From Eledone cirrhosa (lineage: Eukaryota), in NCBI GenBank assembly GCA_964016885.1, contig OZ024746.1, positions 86,118,001 to 86,182,000 on the forward strand: 64,000 bases of DNA, read 5' to 3'. The notes beneath the pieces are model-generated. The model saw only the letters and a list, made by a program, of their open reading frames with translations. It was not told where the DNA came from and did no database searches. Made by a program: the position numbers and the translations under genes. Shown here in pieces: positions 39,061 to 53,750 of the stretch (positions are counted from its first letter, which is position 1; every line of letters starts with the position of its first letter).

Positions 39061-39790
39061 GTTGAAAGGAAAATTAGTAATAAATGATTCAGCCAAAACC
39101 AAAGATTAATCTATAGAGATATGGGAGGCAAATAAATAAATATCTCTTGAGTCGCTATCCCAGAAAGATATAGATATAGATATAGATTAATTCTGGAGAA
39201 AAAATAATGGGAGGAAAAGAAATTCAACCAGGATGCAATATGGTTAAAAGAGATCCGAACAAACTTGTGCTCCTGCATTACACCAACACATACAACATCA
39301 ATGATGATACCCTGAAATTGTGATAGAACTTCAAGAGAAGAAAATATCAAGAAGAGACTTGATTGTTGGCTACTGGTACAAAAAACCCTGACTTTCTATT
39401 GGATGCATCTTACCAACCTCTACTGCATAGGTGGTAGCAGTTTAAGCTACTACCACTATTGTTGGTAAGGCTAAGGGCAACACTAAGAGAGAAAGAAAGA
39501 AAACTAGACAAAAATGTGAACTTTTCTCCCTAAATGTTTGTAAAAATAAATTTTTTTCTCCATATTCATATTAATCTTATTAATATACAATTTAATAGCA
39601 TTATACACTTCCGTCCTTGAAAAAGCGAATAAGCTGACACCGGTACAATTAAATGCGGAAATCCCCATTTTGTAAATAAATATTTTGATGTTATTCTGAG
39701 AGAAAATCCCTTTCGCATTTTCTACTGTTTTTTTTTCTTTTTTACTATTTTTTAAAATATATATCAACTTGCGTGTCACTTCTCTACAGT

Positions 39791-39858
<68 letters not shown>

Positions 39859-40047
39859 TCATTTAAGTTTGGTGGTTAACAACTGGATAGAACTGATCAT
39901 TTAGTATAGCCAACCATTATGTAATATTAGGAAAAGCATACCTGATGATGTCACCGGGGTCTTACGTAACCTTGCCACTGAAATGTACATAGTGGTGAAA
40001 TAAATCTTTGAAGGAATTTCACCAGCCCGGCCTCCTGTAATTTTACT

Positions 40048-40078
<31 letters not shown>

Positions 40079-40126
40079 GAAAGACGTAAAATAAGAAAAT
40101 TATAAAAATTAACCTACTAAAATTTC

Positions 40127-40208
40127 ACTCCAACTAATTAGTTTCTGAAAGGGAATAAACATGGTTTCCGAATGGAAAGCACGGAGAAACCTTTCGTCAT
40201 CAGGAAGT
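40127..40208 (-). ncRNA. Type I hammerhead ribozyme motif with branched/extended stem II
   Basis: Reverse strand reads acttc-CTGATGA-cgaaagg...cctttca-GAAA-ctaatta-GTT-ggagt. Self-complementary stem III (ACTAATTAGT). A partial family copy lies at 49113-49190. Confidence 0.75.
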
Positions 40209-40507
40209 TCGTTCTCAGCTAAGTTACCAGGCGATGCGTGGACACAGGGAACTTATACAAAAATAATTCAGTGGATGGAAAAAAGCAAGCGTGGACATTG
40301 AAAAAATCACTGCCTTTTTGTTTTAAATATATATTTATTTGGTTCCTTTACCGGTTTCGCAATTCTTCTGCTTTTCAAAAGTAGAATTGAGATGGAGGGT
40401 TTGTGGTTTTTCTCATATCTGGTTAGTCTTTGAATGTTACTTCTGTTTTATATGGAAAAAGGTGGCTCGAAATGCTATGTTTTTATATGTAATATATATA
40501 TATATAT

Positions 40508-40632
<125 letters not shown>

Positions 40633-40958
40633 CTTACACACATTATATATATATATGTATATAGAAATAGCTTCTACAAGACTAGAACTGTTTCATTCGG
40701 GGCTTCCTAATGATTACTCCCGAATGAAACAGTTCTAGTCCTGTAGAAGCCATTTGTATATTAAAAATCTATACTACGCTACGTATTGAGTACCTTACTT
40801 ACTGTGGTTATCCCCGATTGAACCCGGGATAAACTTATATAAACGGCTTGAGCTCAGCCGTCGGGGTCTTACTTGTTCCTATTACCCACTCTACTACCCT
40901 AAGTATTGAGTACTTTGGTGCGTTATGGTCCACCTGGTTCCTTACCACATTTCCTTCG

Positions 40959-41076
<118 letters not shown>

Positions 41077-41706
41077 ATATCCACGGTAAGTTGTGGGGTC
41101 TATTCTGCATGAAGAACTCAATGTAATCCATATGTTGAAAATGTTGAAGGTTAAGATAAATCCCGGGAAACAATAAAACATTAAAAGGAAAGACAGAGTC
41201 ATGATATAAGTTAAAACAATGAAATAAAAAATGAAATAAAAAATGGATTTATTTTTACATTCCTTTTAAACTTCACTATACCAGATACATTCAACTATCA
41301 ATTTGACAATCCCTTTCCTCCTAATAGATTTTTTATAGCAATTCTATTATTAACACCATTCAACCATTCCTTTCAAAGGGTCACGACCTCAACTAAACAT
41401 CATAACATCATATGTTTCATCTTAACATCATATGAAAAAAAACAATTTGATTGGTTAGTTCTTCAACAATCTCCAAATAAGGACATGATACTAACATACT
41501 ACTAATTCTGAATAAAATTATTATTGCTTTTGCAAACAGCTGGTGATATGCATGTAAGTAAATATTCTCTTTATCTGATATTTTGTAACTAACCTTACAT
41601 AGATCAATAACGAAGTGTAGCTACAATGTATTATCATCACCTAGAAACGATCGTAAAGCAGTGAAGTATATCTCTAATGACTTGATTTTTTATTTCATTG
41701 TTTTAA

Positions 41707-41760
<54 letters not shown>

Positions 41761-42545
41761 AATGTGTGTATATATATAAAGTATGTGACGAAAGTACACA
41801 TCTCTAGACTGTTGACCGAGATCTCAAAGATAGCTTTTAATTCTAACATGCCAGGGTTACAGTTATATCTCTTCTCCTCGTAAGATTGTTTGTTGTGAGG
41901 TCAAGTATGCGTCTGTGTGTGTGTGTATATGTGTGTGTATGTGTATGTGTGTGTATGTGTGTATGTACGTGTGTAGTGTATGGAATGGTGACTGATAACC
42001 CCATGGGAGGAAATACGAAACATTGAAACGATATTCGCCTTTTCAACCAATATACATGTATTTATATGTTGGACCACCCCTGTCTCATTTAGCCGCGAGT
42101 GCGCTAGTTGATTCAATCAACGGTAATGCTTACTCCTGAAAGTAATCTGTAAGTGGCTGAGCATTCCACAGTCACGTGCATCATGAAGCTCTCAAGGAGA
42201 TTAAGCGTGAAACAGTGTGTAAGTAACAAAGCTGGTCTCATTGAATTATAGCTGCTACACATTTTTAGAGGATGAGTAGACTGGAGCAACAAGAAATAAA
42301 GGCTATTGCGCACCACTCGGACCGAGAATCGAACTCACAACTTACGCGCGCGCGCACACACACACACACACATACACACAGACACAGACACATATATATA
42401 TATACACATTCACTTAAATATATATATATTTATTCATTATGTGTCGTTTACTTTGCTGCTTATTTTCTGTGTTGCTTATTGTTTGCATATATATATAGTA
42501 TCAAGTACTCTGGTGTCCACCTGGTTCCTTACCACACTTCCTTCG

Positions 42546-42615
<70 letters not shown>

Positions 42616-42675
42616 GTTAATAAATGAAACAAACAAAACATATAAATATGGTTCAAGCTTGGTGGAATTGGAGAA

Positions 42676-42715
42676 GGTTTCGACGTTTCGGACAGAAGCC
42701 GTTCTTCAGGTAAGT
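42676..42715 (-). ncRNA. Minimal Penelope-type hammerhead motif, degenerate
   Basis: Reverse strand reads CTGAAGA-acggcttctgtcc-GAAACGTC, with weak stems. A related motif CTGATAA-atgactagtgtac-GAAACGTTA lies at about 16955-16985 (-). Confidence 0.5.
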
Positions 42716-42772
42716 TCGGATAGAGACAGAACAGATACACGTAAGAGTAGTTAGAGAGGGTTATGGAAGGAA

Positions 42773-42841
<69 letters not shown>

Positions 42842-44054
42842 CGGGGAAAGGTCCAGGCTGGTGGGGGTGCAGGGTGGAGAGTAGGGGTGACATGGGTGTA
42901 GTTGTGGTTGTGTGTGTGTGTCGAAGGGAGAAATTCATAGATGTTTGTGGCTCCAGTCTCTTGTAAAGTGAAGTTTGTCAGGTTTTGGTTTTGAATGTAT
43001 ATGTTGAATTGTACACTATTGAACCGGATATCCTATTTAACCGGAAGAAATTTATAAAAAGAAAAGAAAACTGAAAAAAGAAAATGCAGGAGAAATAGTA
43101 GGAGGGAGGAGTGTGCAACCTCTGCATCTTGGCTAGGCAGTATATTTCAATTCGTCTTGCAAACAAGATGGCGAAAGCATTGCCGTGGAGATATGTCAGG
43201 GATATCGGCTGCGTCAACCATTTCACCTCATGCGGCTCCTTCCTCAGGTGAGATGCCCTCCCTACGATTTGGTGTACGGAAACGACAGCCAGAGGACCGA
43301 GGACATCGGAGCTCTCTTACATTGACTGACACGAAAAGGGATAAAATTGATTTTCTTCATAATAATTCTGTTTTTGCAGCATTCCATAATCTGACTGTTT
43401 TTTTTTTATTCTGATAATCTAATAACCACGTGAGTTGGAATGGCTCTTTCAGCGCGTTTCTTTCACCATCCTCCGGGGAAACGCCTTCTCTATTGTGTCC
43501 GCCGGGGCCGTGGGGAGGCCCCCATTTGCTCACAATAGTGATAAATGAGTAGTGTGGGAGAGACGGAGGCAGTGACAGTGGGTGCTTGGTCCTTTTGTGT
43601 TCGGACCTGGTGTATATATATATATATATATATATGTGTGTATATAAGAGAGAATGTGTCTATAAGCTGTTTCCAGTAAGTGGAATTATACGTTCCTTGG
43701 ACTACTTTTTATTTTCTGTATTTATCCTTTGTGTCCCTTTCATTAATTTATATCAATATCCAGCTACCTGGCCCAATACGTGCTGTAGGGTGGACTCTGC
43801 TGAATGTACCCAAGAAACAGAGGAGTCTAGTGTGGATTAAGTTTACCACCCAAGTACTTAGAATGCAAAGAACCAATACAAATACCATTGATGCTCTAAC
43901 AATTCTGCTAATATGTATTGAAAATGATGTAAATAAAAGGAAAATGATTAAACGAAAACAATAAAAATCTAATAATATACACCAAGAGATCGAATTAGTC
44001 TAAAGTTTACATATTTATTTTAGAGTAATATTTATGCCAAATTGATAAGTTCAG

Positions 44055-44264
44055 CACAATAGCACGATGAGCATTGTGACAATAGCTAGGACGTGCAATA
44101 TAATTTGTGTTGCCTTAAAATGTTCGATATTATATTGAGGTATGGGGGCCATGGTGTACAACAAATGGCTGAAGTATACCTCAATATAATATCGAACATT
44201 TTAAGGCAACACAAATTATATTGCACGTCCTAGCTATTGTCACAATGTTCATCGTGCTATTGTG
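44055..44264. repeat. ~210-bp palindrome
   Basis: cacaatagcacgatg...tgaggtat and atacctca...catcgtgctattgtg, separated by a ~32-nt loop. Confidence 0.9.
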
Positions 44265-44274
44265 TATCTATATG

Positions 44275-44330
<56 letters not shown>

Positions 44331-44332
<2 letters not shown>

Positions 44333-44796
44333 CACAATATACATATATATATACATATAAGCACAATAACAACAAACACATATAAACACACACTAGTAAA
44401 CTAAGATAGAATACAATAACCGATACACAGTCACCCAAACACAAACACACATCAAACACTATACACACACGCAAACGCATGCGCAGAGAAGACAAAAAAA
44501 AAAAAATAAACAGACTAAGTAAAGATGGCGTAGGCATACAATACAACAGGAGGAAACATAATAGCACCACTGACGATGTTGCAGATGTGCAACGAAAGAA
44601 CTTTGTTAGACTATATATATGTGTTTGTGTCTATATTATATCTGCATTTTTGACCGTTGGTCAGTCAATGGCAACATTGAGGACCGAATAAATTAAATTA
44701 ACCGATATAAAAGACACAGAAGCGAAAACCAACCAAACAGTGAGTGTATTCTGTTATTAATTCTGGCAATATTATTACACAAATATGACCCTCCCC

Positions 44797-44797
<1 letters not shown>
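44331..44797 (+). mobile_element. Non-coding 3' UTR copy of the PLE family at 48130-48865
   Basis: High similarity to the reverse complement of about 48187-48645. Flanked by (TA)n. Confidence 0.8.
44563..44610 (+). ncRNA. Hammerhead-like motif in PLE 3' UTR
   Basis: CTGACGA-t gttgca gatg tgcaac-GAAA-gaactt. Good stem II, weak stem I. An inverted-orientation family copy lies at about 48380-48422. Confidence 0.55.
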
Positions 44798-44872
<75 letters not shown>

Positions 44873-45127
44873 ATAATAATAAATTTGAAGACTAAAATCC
44901 AAAGAGGGCTCGATAAGGATAAATATATATCAAATATATAAGAACCGTAGAGCAAACATCACGGACGCTCTATCTCAAAATTATTTTTGAAAAGCATTAG
45001 AAATGCGCAACCGGTAAAACTTAAAACCAAAACTTAATACTAACCAATACTATTACTAATTATCACTTATTCCTAATTAAACTATTTTTCACTGTGAACA
45101 ATTTGTCAGCATTTTCTATTTCGTTTA

Positions 45128-45325
<198 letters not shown>

Positions 45326-45384
45326 CATATATATATACATATACATATATACATATATACATATACATATACATATATTCGTAC

Positions 45385-45481
<97 letters not shown>

Positions 45482-45718
45482 CATACACATGCACGACTAT
45501 GTGCATGAATATGTGTGGGTATGTATCAGCCCGTTTCAAATTGCTGGAACGAAACACACCCATCACAAAGAAACTGCAAGTTATATTCAATGTTTTGAAA
45601 ATAATCTTTGAAAAAATTAATTAAATGAAGTTTTAAGAAATGTTTTTGTGTTTGTTTGTAACTTAGGCTATATCCTCATAGTTTTGTATGGGATTTTAAA
45701 AGAGAGCCTTGCTCTAAA

Positions 45719-45785
<67 letters not shown>

Positions 45786-45858
45786 AACTTCTGTGTGTGA
45801 AAGTATGATTGACGTTACAATCTCCTTGGTAACAATAATATATATATATGTGTGTGCG

Positions 45859-45906
<48 letters not shown>

Positions 45907-45959
45907 CACGCACACACATAGATATTATTGTTACCAAGGAGATTGTAAAGTCAATCATA

Positions 45960-46082
<123 letters not shown>

Positions 46083-46576
46083 TGCGCACGACCTACAAAA
46101 CATCTGTGTAAGGATGATTTCATTAAATTTCGGTTTTAAAAAGTACGTGTATCTTCGAAGTTTCACCGATCTTGGTAGCTTGTCAAAGCAGTAAAAATAA
46201 GATGAAACTTTGTCTTTACATAGCCTGATCTTGAATGGTAAGGGAACGGTGTTAGGCGTGAATCAGAACATGTGTGTGGGAAGAATTTACCACATGGTAA
46301 TTTAGTAGTGAATATCTTGTGTTTGTCTATTTACTTGCTTTTAAATACAATTTTATCTCAGTGGGTATCTAATTGTGAGATCAAATGTTACACTATTAAT
46401 AGCCAAGGGTAAAATGTACATTATTATGTGTTAGAAATTTAAACTGATAGATGCTGAGAGTGGGGGAACCTTATTATGTGCTTACATCACTCTTCATCAG
46501 CAACAACAAAACATCATCATCAGCAACAGCAGCGGGAAAATACATCCACACCGATAATATAACACCTCATATAATG

Positions 46577-46780
46577 GTTTCTTATATAGGCACAAGGCCA
46601 GCAACTTTGAGGGGGGGGGGGGAAGTCGATTGAATCGACTTCAGTGCGTGACTGGTACTTTACTTTATTGACCTCCTAAGGATGAAAGGTAAAGTTAAGT
46701 TCGGCGGGATTTGAACTCAGACTGCAAAACTGCAAAGCATGGCGTCCGACCCTCTACCGATACTGCCAATCCACCGCCCT
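46577..46780 (-). mobile_element. SINE family A copy
   Basis: Family A core on the reverse strand. Confidence 0.85.
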
Positions 46781-47708
46781 CATAACACCTCATATAATAA
46801 CAGTATCACTGGTATTACCACCACTGCCACCACCACCACCGCCACCACCATGACCCCTCTTCCTCACCACTGTACCATCAATGCCACTATCAACACCATT
46901 ATCAGCACAACAATTTAGAACAGGTTCGTCAGCATTTGTTTGCGGCTACATTCACTACCCCCCCCCCCCCCCCAGCATATCCCTCTAGACTTAGTTACCA
47001 CCACCGCTACTATCAACCCAGATGGCTGTAGACACATTCCATCTTACGGCACTCAATTATTTGTAATTAGCCATCACCACCAAAGTTACATGTTTCCCCA
47101 GCCCTTGTGCACCGCCTACTTATCAGCCCCGCGTCAAAACTCCAACCCCAATATCTTCACCCCATCACCTATTGACAGAGCCCCTCCATACTCCATACAC
47201 AACATCAACAAAAATATATTTTCTTTATGGGGTTTTCTTTTTCCTCTTTCTTCGGAGACTTTCTTGGGTGCAATTGAAACAGGAGTTAAAAAAGACAGTT
47301 TAATTGAACAGAAATTCTATATGTTGGGCGTCATTAGAGAAATTCACTGGAAGCAGACGACAGCCTCGTCTATGTTTGAATGTTGTTGTTGGTGTTGTCA
47401 CTTGATGTTGTTTCTTTTTGTTGTTGAGGGAAGCGGAAGTAAAGTTGGTGTTGTTTGTATTAGTTGTGTTGTTGACGCTAGTGGTGGTGGTGGTAGTATT
47501 AGTGATTTTTATTACGACCGAAATAGTTGTAGCCTTGTAGAAACCATTTCTATATGAAATAAATATGTATCTTTTCCACTAATGTATTGAGTACTTTGTT
47601 TATCTGTGGTTTCTTACCGATCCCATTCGGAAAACTATACTTAATTATATAAATATATATATATATACATAATATATAAGAACAAAAGATGGTTAAATGA
47701 GTTCCATG

Positions 47709-47779
47709 TATTTTATTATGCGCATTTCAAAAACAAATATCATCATGCAGTAATATTTGTGTTTTCATCAGATAAAACA
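47709..47779 (-). ncRNA. Type I hammerhead ribozyme motif, left arm of palindrome
   Basis: Inverted copy of 47881-47951. Confidence 0.83.
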
Positions 47780-47880
47780 GGAAGACATGATATGAAGGTT
47801 AAAAAACACTTGTGGATAGTGCAGTTTTAAATCAACTGCACTATCCACAAGTGTTTTTTAACCTTCATATCATGTCTTCC

Positions 47881-47951
47881 TGTTTTATCTGATGAAAACA
47901 CAAATATTACTGCATGATGATATTTGTTTTTGAAATGCGCATAATAAAATA
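47881..47951 (+). ncRNA. Type I hammerhead ribozyme motif, right arm of palindrome
   Basis: tgttttat-CTGATGA-aaacacaaatat...atatttgttttt-GAAA-tgcgc-ATA-ataaaata. Palindromic stem III (ATGCGCAT). Confidence 0.85.
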
Positions 47952-48074
47952 CATGGAACTCTTTTAACCATCTTTTGTTCTTATATATTATGTATACTCC
48001 AGTCCTACAAATTGTAGAGTGCTTCTTATCCGATATCTGCATTGCTTTATTGTACTACAATAAAACTCACCCCC

Positions 48075-48129
<55 letters not shown>

Positions 48130-48133
<4 letters not shown>

Positions 48134-48865
48134 TTGCGAGGTTTTTGATATGAAATCGTGTGTCGAAACAAATATTGTTATACTTGGGGAGGGTCATATT
48201 TGTGTAATATTGCCAGAATTAATAACAGAACACACTCACTGTTTGGTTGGTTTTCGCTTTTCGCTTCTATGTCTTTTATATCGGTTAATTTAATTTATTC
48301 GGTCCTCATTGTTGCTATTGACTGACCAACGGTCAAAAATACAGATACAATATAGACACAAACACATATATATATAGTCTATCAAAGTTCTTTCGTTGCA
48401 CATCTGCAACATCGTCAGTGGTGCTATTGTTTCCTCCCGTTGCATTGTATTTTCTACGCCATCTTTATTTAGTCTGTTTATATATTTATTTGTTTGTTTA
48501 TTTTTTGTCTTCTTTGCGCATGCGTTTGCGTGTGTGTATAGTGTTTTGTTTGATGTGTGTTCGTGTTTGGATGACTGTGTATTGGTTAATGTATTCTATC
48601 TTTACTAGTGTGTGTTTATATGTGTTTGTTGTTATTGTGCTTGTGTATGTATTTATTTATTTATCTATTTATTTATTTATTTATACTTCTCTTAGGTCAG
48701 TGTTGTTTGATTGGGTGTTGTTGTTATTCCATTCATTTTTTCTGTTTAGCCTTGGCCTTCTAAGTTCTATTTCACTGGCCTCTCTGATTTGCCTATCTGC
48801 TGGGTCATTTCTATGTTTAGATATTATTCTAATTTCTATGTTGTCTATGTTACCGTCGTATATTT
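48130..48865 (-). mobile_element. 5'-truncated PLE related to 57673-58336
   Basis: Reverse frame reads [12 protein letters not shown]...DRQIREASEI...RLNRKNEW..*, then a 3' UTR with a hammerhead-like motif. Flanked by (TA)n. Confidence 0.8.
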
Positions 48866-48896
48866 AAATATAAGTACTTATATTTAAATATAAGCA

Positions 48897-49114
<218 letters not shown>

Positions 49115-49188
49115 AGACGTAAAATAAGAAAATTATAAAATTAACTTACTAAAATATCACTTCCAACTAATTAGTTTCTGGAATGGAG

Positions 49189-49348
<160 letters not shown>

Positions 49349-49455
49349 ATAATAATAAAATTTGAAGACTAAAATCCAAAGAGGGCTCGATAAGGATAAA
49401 TATATATCAAATATATAAGAACCGTAGAGCAAATATTTATTAATCTGTTATTTTA

Positions 49456-49491
<36 letters not shown>

Positions 49492-49652
49492 CTATCTAAG
49501 GCGGGTAAAATTCCCGAGATCCATGGACGAGTTCTCTCCAGCGGTCTCTGTCCCTCATTATCGCTGCCATGTCCTGCATCTCCAACAGACCAGTGTCTGT
49601 CCTTAGGGCATCAACATACGTTAACCTTGGTCTTCCTCTTCTAGTGTGTCCA
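49492..49652 (-). mobile_element. 3'-end fragment of a second RTE-like LINE
   Basis: Reverse frame reads GHTRRGRPRLTYVDALRTDTG...MRDRDRWR. Confidence 0.7.
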
Positions 49653-50394
49653 TGTATATATATATATTAATATAAGCTGTATTTCCCTAAAATAAGTCTC
49701 AAAAATCTACCAAGCGTCCTGGAGGCCGAAGAATGTGTATTAATTTTTTCAACTTAGGCGGTGGATTGGCAGCATAGTTACGTCCCTTTACGATCTGAGT
49801 TCAAATCCCGCCGAGGTTGACTTTGCCTTTCATCCTTACGGGGTCGATAAAATAAAGTACCAGTAATGCACTGGGTAATTGCTGGCCTTGTGCCTAAAGT
49901 AGAAACAATTAATTTTTTCAAATTTTTGGTTGTCAAAATTAGGGCGCGTCCTCGAAGACGAAGCGTCATCGGCGCCGGGAAATGCGGTATATATAATAGA
50001 AAAAAAGTTTCGTTTACATAGGAAAAATATTTATTGTGTATCGACCTGTGCTACGGGCGTTGACATTCCCGTTGAGTAGTGGAGTGTTGACGGTCCCATT
50101 GAGTGAGGTGTGTTGGCGTAGAATGGTGGAGTGGAGTGTTGGAGTGGAGTGGTGGCGTGTTGAAGTTGAGTGGAGGAGTGTTGATGGTTTCGTTTTTTTC
50201 AAATATTTCGTAATTCAATTATGTCGTGGTGTCATTTTTATTGTTGTTGTTGTTATTGTTGTTATTTATTTATTTATTTATTTACTTATTTATTTATTTA
50301 TGTTGTTGTTGTTTTTTCTTGTCTTTAATAGTTTCTGTTGTCTTAATATTGGATGTTATCTTACCATCATCATTGATGGTGGTGTTGATGGCGC

Positions 50395-51815
50395 TAGTAG
50401 TAGTAGTGTGGTGGTGGTGGTGGTGGTAATGGTAGTGGTGGTGGAGGTAGTAGTGGTGTGGTGGTGTTGCTGGTGGTGGTGGTAGTGATGGTGGTAGGAG
50501 TGATGTGGTGGTGTTGCTGGTGGCGGTGGTAGTGATGGTGGTAGGAGTGATGTGGTGGTGTTGCTGGTGGTGGTGGTGGTGGTGGTAGTGATGGTGGTAG
50601 TGATGGTGTGGTGGTGTGGTGGTGTTGCTGGTGGTGGTGGTAGTGGTGGTGGTGGTGGTAGTGATGGTGGTAGTAGTGGTATTGTGGTGTTGCTGGTGGT
50701 GGTGGTGGTGGTAGTAGTGATGGTGGTAGTAATGATGTGGTGGTTCTGGTGGTGGTGGTGGTAGTAGTGGTGTTGTGGTGTTGCTGGTGGTGGTGGTAGT
50801 GGTGGTGGTGGTAGTGATGGTGGTAGTAGTGGTGTTGTGGTTCTGGTGGTGGTGGTGGTAGTAGTGATGGTGGTCGTAATGATGTGATGGTGGTGGTGGT
50901 GGTGGTGGTGGTAGTAGTGGTGTTGTGGTGTTGCTGGTGGTGGTGGTGGTAGTAGTGATGGTGGTCGTAATGATGTGATGGTGGTGGTGGTGGTGGTGGT
51001 GGTAGTAGTGGTGTTGTGGTGTTGCTGGTGGTGGTGGTGGTAGTAGTGATGGTGGTCGTAATGATGTGATGGTGGTGGTGGTGGTGGTGGTGGTGGTAGT
51101 AGTGGTGTTGTGGTGTTGCTGGTGGTGGTGGTGGTAGTAGTGATGGTGGTCGTAATGATGTGATGGTGGTGGTGGTGGTAGTAGTGGTGTTGTGGTGTTG
51201 TGGTGTTGCTGGTGGTAGTGGTGGTAGTAGTGATGGTGGTAGTAATGATGTGGTGGTTCTGGTGGTGGTGGTGGTAGTAGTGGTGTTGTGGTGTTGCTGG
51301 TGGTGGTGGTGTGGTGCTGGTATGGTGGTGGTGGTGGTAGTGGTGATGGTGGTCGTAATGATGTGATGGTGGTGGTCGTAGTAGTAGTGGTGTTGTGGTG
51401 TTGCTGGTGGTGGTGGTGGTAGTGATGGTGGTAGTAGTGCTGGTATGGGGGTGGGGGTGGTGGTAGTGGTGGTGGTGGTGGTGGTAGTAGTGGTGTTGTG
51501 GTGTTGCTGGTGGTGGTTGTAGTGATGGTGGAAGTAGTGCTGGTATGGTGGTGGGGGTGGTGGTGGTGGTGGTGGTAGTGATGGTGGTAGTAGTGGTGTG
51601 GTGGTGTTGCTGGTGGTGGTGGTGGTAGTGATGGTGGTAGTAGTGGTGTGGTGGTGTTGCTATTGGTGGTGGTAGTGATGGTGGAAGTAGTGCTGGTATG
51701 GTGGTGGGGGTGGTGGTGGTGGTAGTGATGGTGGTGGTGGTGGTGTGGTGGTGGTTGTTGCTATAGTCGTTGGCGCTGGTATTTTTGTTGATACAGTTCC
51801 TGCTGCTGCTGCTGC

Positions 51816-51873
<58 letters not shown>

Positions 51874-52019
51874 GGTGGTGGTGTTATTAGTGTTGATGTT
51901 GTTGCTCTTGTTGTTATTATTGCTGTTGTTGTTGTTATTGTTGCTGTTACTGTTGTTATTTTTGCTGTTGTTGTTGTTGCTGTTGTTATTGTTATTGTTG
52001 CTGTTGTTATTATTATTGC

Positions 52020-52056
<37 letters not shown>

Positions 52057-52082
52057 CTTGCTGTTGTTATTATTATTGTTGC

Positions 52083-52122
<40 letters not shown>

Positions 52123-52523
52123 CTTGCTATTGTTATTATTGCTGTTGTTGTTGCTGTTGTTGTTATTGTTGCTGTTGTTATTATTGCTGTTGTTGTTGCT
52201 GTTGTTGTTGTTATTGTTGCTGTTGTTGTTATTGCTGTTGTTGTTGTTGCTGTTGTTGTTGTTATTGCTGTTGTTGTTATTATTGCTGTTGTTGTTGCTG
52301 TTGTTGTTGTTATTGCTGTTGTTGTTATTATTGCTGTTGTTGTTGCTGTTGTTGTTGTTATTGTTGCTGTTGTTGTTATTGCTGTTGTTGTTGATCTTGT
52401 TATTATTTCTGGTGATGATGATGTTGTTATCATTGTTGCTGTTTATGTTATTATTGCTGTTGTTGTTTTTGTTGCTGCTGCTGTTGTTGTTGCTGTTGTT
52501 ATTGTTGCTGTTGTTGTAGTTGC

Positions 52524-52565
<42 letters not shown>

Positions 52566-53045
52566 AATCGCTACTGTTTTTCTTTTTCTTGCTGTCACTC
52601 CGTTTCCATTACATTTCCTGATAAAAACACCAACAATTTTAATTGACCAAAATCACACAGAAACGTGATGGATAGAAACCCTACCACCACCACACCACCA
52701 CCACCGCCTACACCATCAATACCAACACCACACCACCACCACCACCGCCTCCATCACCACCTCCACCACCACTACCACCACCACACCATCACACCACCAC
52801 TTCCACCATCACTACCACCACCACACCACCACCACCGCCTCCACCACCACCTCCACCATCACTACCACCACCACACCACTACCACCACCCCCACCATCAC
52901 TGTCAGTCCATCTGTCTGTCTGTCTTTCTTTTTTGTATTGCTTCTCGCTTGCAGAATTCCTTCTAGCTTTTAAATTTCTCAGTAAATAACACCACCACCA
53001 CCACAACCACCACCACCACCAGCACCACCTACAACAACAACAACG
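50395..53045. repeat. Compound trinucleotide low-complexity region (GGT)n/(GTT)n/(CCA)n
   Basis: Directly visible. Includes higher-order ~80-bp duplications at 50860-51180. Confidence 0.95.
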
Positions 53046-53065
53046 TATAATAATGATAATAATAA

Positions 53066-53272
53066 TTATTTCTACTATAGGCACAAGGCCAGCAATTTAT
53101 GGGGGAGCGGAAAGTCGATTAAATCGATCCAGTACATTACTGGTACTTTATTTTATCGACCCCGTAATGATGAAAAGCAAAGTTAATCACGTAGGGATAT
53201 GAACTCAGATCATAAAGGGCCGTAACTCTATGCTGCAAAGCATGGTATCCGATGCTTTACCGACTCGGCCAC
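53066..53272 (-). mobile_element. SINE family A copy
   Basis: Family A core on the reverse strand. Confidence 0.85.
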
Positions 53273-53274
53273 TC

Positions 53275-53750
53275 CAAATAAGATCAACCATCTGTTATTC
53301 ATGGATGATTTAAAGTTATTTGCGAAAAAAAAAAAAATGGACGACATTGATAGCTTAACATCTACCATAAACCTGATGAGTCATTACATTGGGATGAGGT
53401 TTGGGATAAAAAAAATGTGGTGTTTTAACGCCAAAACGTGGAAAACTAACAAGGCCAGACATTTTAGTTGTGACCAGAAGGAAAAAAGAAGCTCAAATTA
53501 TTGATATATCTGTCCTGGGAGATAGTAGTATGAAGGATAAAGAGCGTGAAAAGATGGAGAAGCAGGAAGCTGGAAAGTTGTTGGAGATGAAGAAGGTTTT
53601 AGGGATTCTAGTACCGTTCGTGGCATAGGGATGCATATCAGATAGTTTTGAGGACTGTGTAAATAGAATCGGAATTGATGCAAGGTTATAGCTGATGCAG
53701 GCGATAGCGCTACTTGGCACAGCAAGGAATTTCAAGGAAAGTCTATGGAA
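53275..53750 (+). mobile_element. Internally deleted R4-like LINE remnant
   Basis: INHLLFMDDLKLFAK (RT), followed closely by RPDIL...IIDISV.GD (RLE). Multiple disruptions. Confidence 0.7.

Larger units (their letters stand above)
37190..39480 (+). mobile_element. Decayed R4/Dong-like LINE 5' region
   Basis: Fragments GYMNRMKLHWDELHPELNYFTAKQL, FSQNQRLIYR and FNQDAIWLKEI resemble the N-terminal part of RLE-type LINE ORFs. Starts after a (TACA)n tract. Many stops. Confidence 0.6.
47664..47996. repeat. ~330-bp near-perfect palindrome with a hammerhead in each arm
   Basis: Arms 47664-47826 and 47834-47996, 7-nt loop ttaaatc. Confidence 0.95.

Noticed and set aside
39935-40010. CTGATGA...GAAA as a hammerhead
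   Set aside because: Could not assign a convincing stem I, stem III or cleavage triplet by eye.
46940-47557. 205-aa ORF
   Set aside because: Low-complexity composition, non-ATG start and no recognisable domain.
51660-52668. Long poly-Val, poly-Leu and poly-Thr ORFs (mucin-like)
   Set aside because: Trinucleotide repeat open in several frames and on both strands, with no non-repetitive domain.
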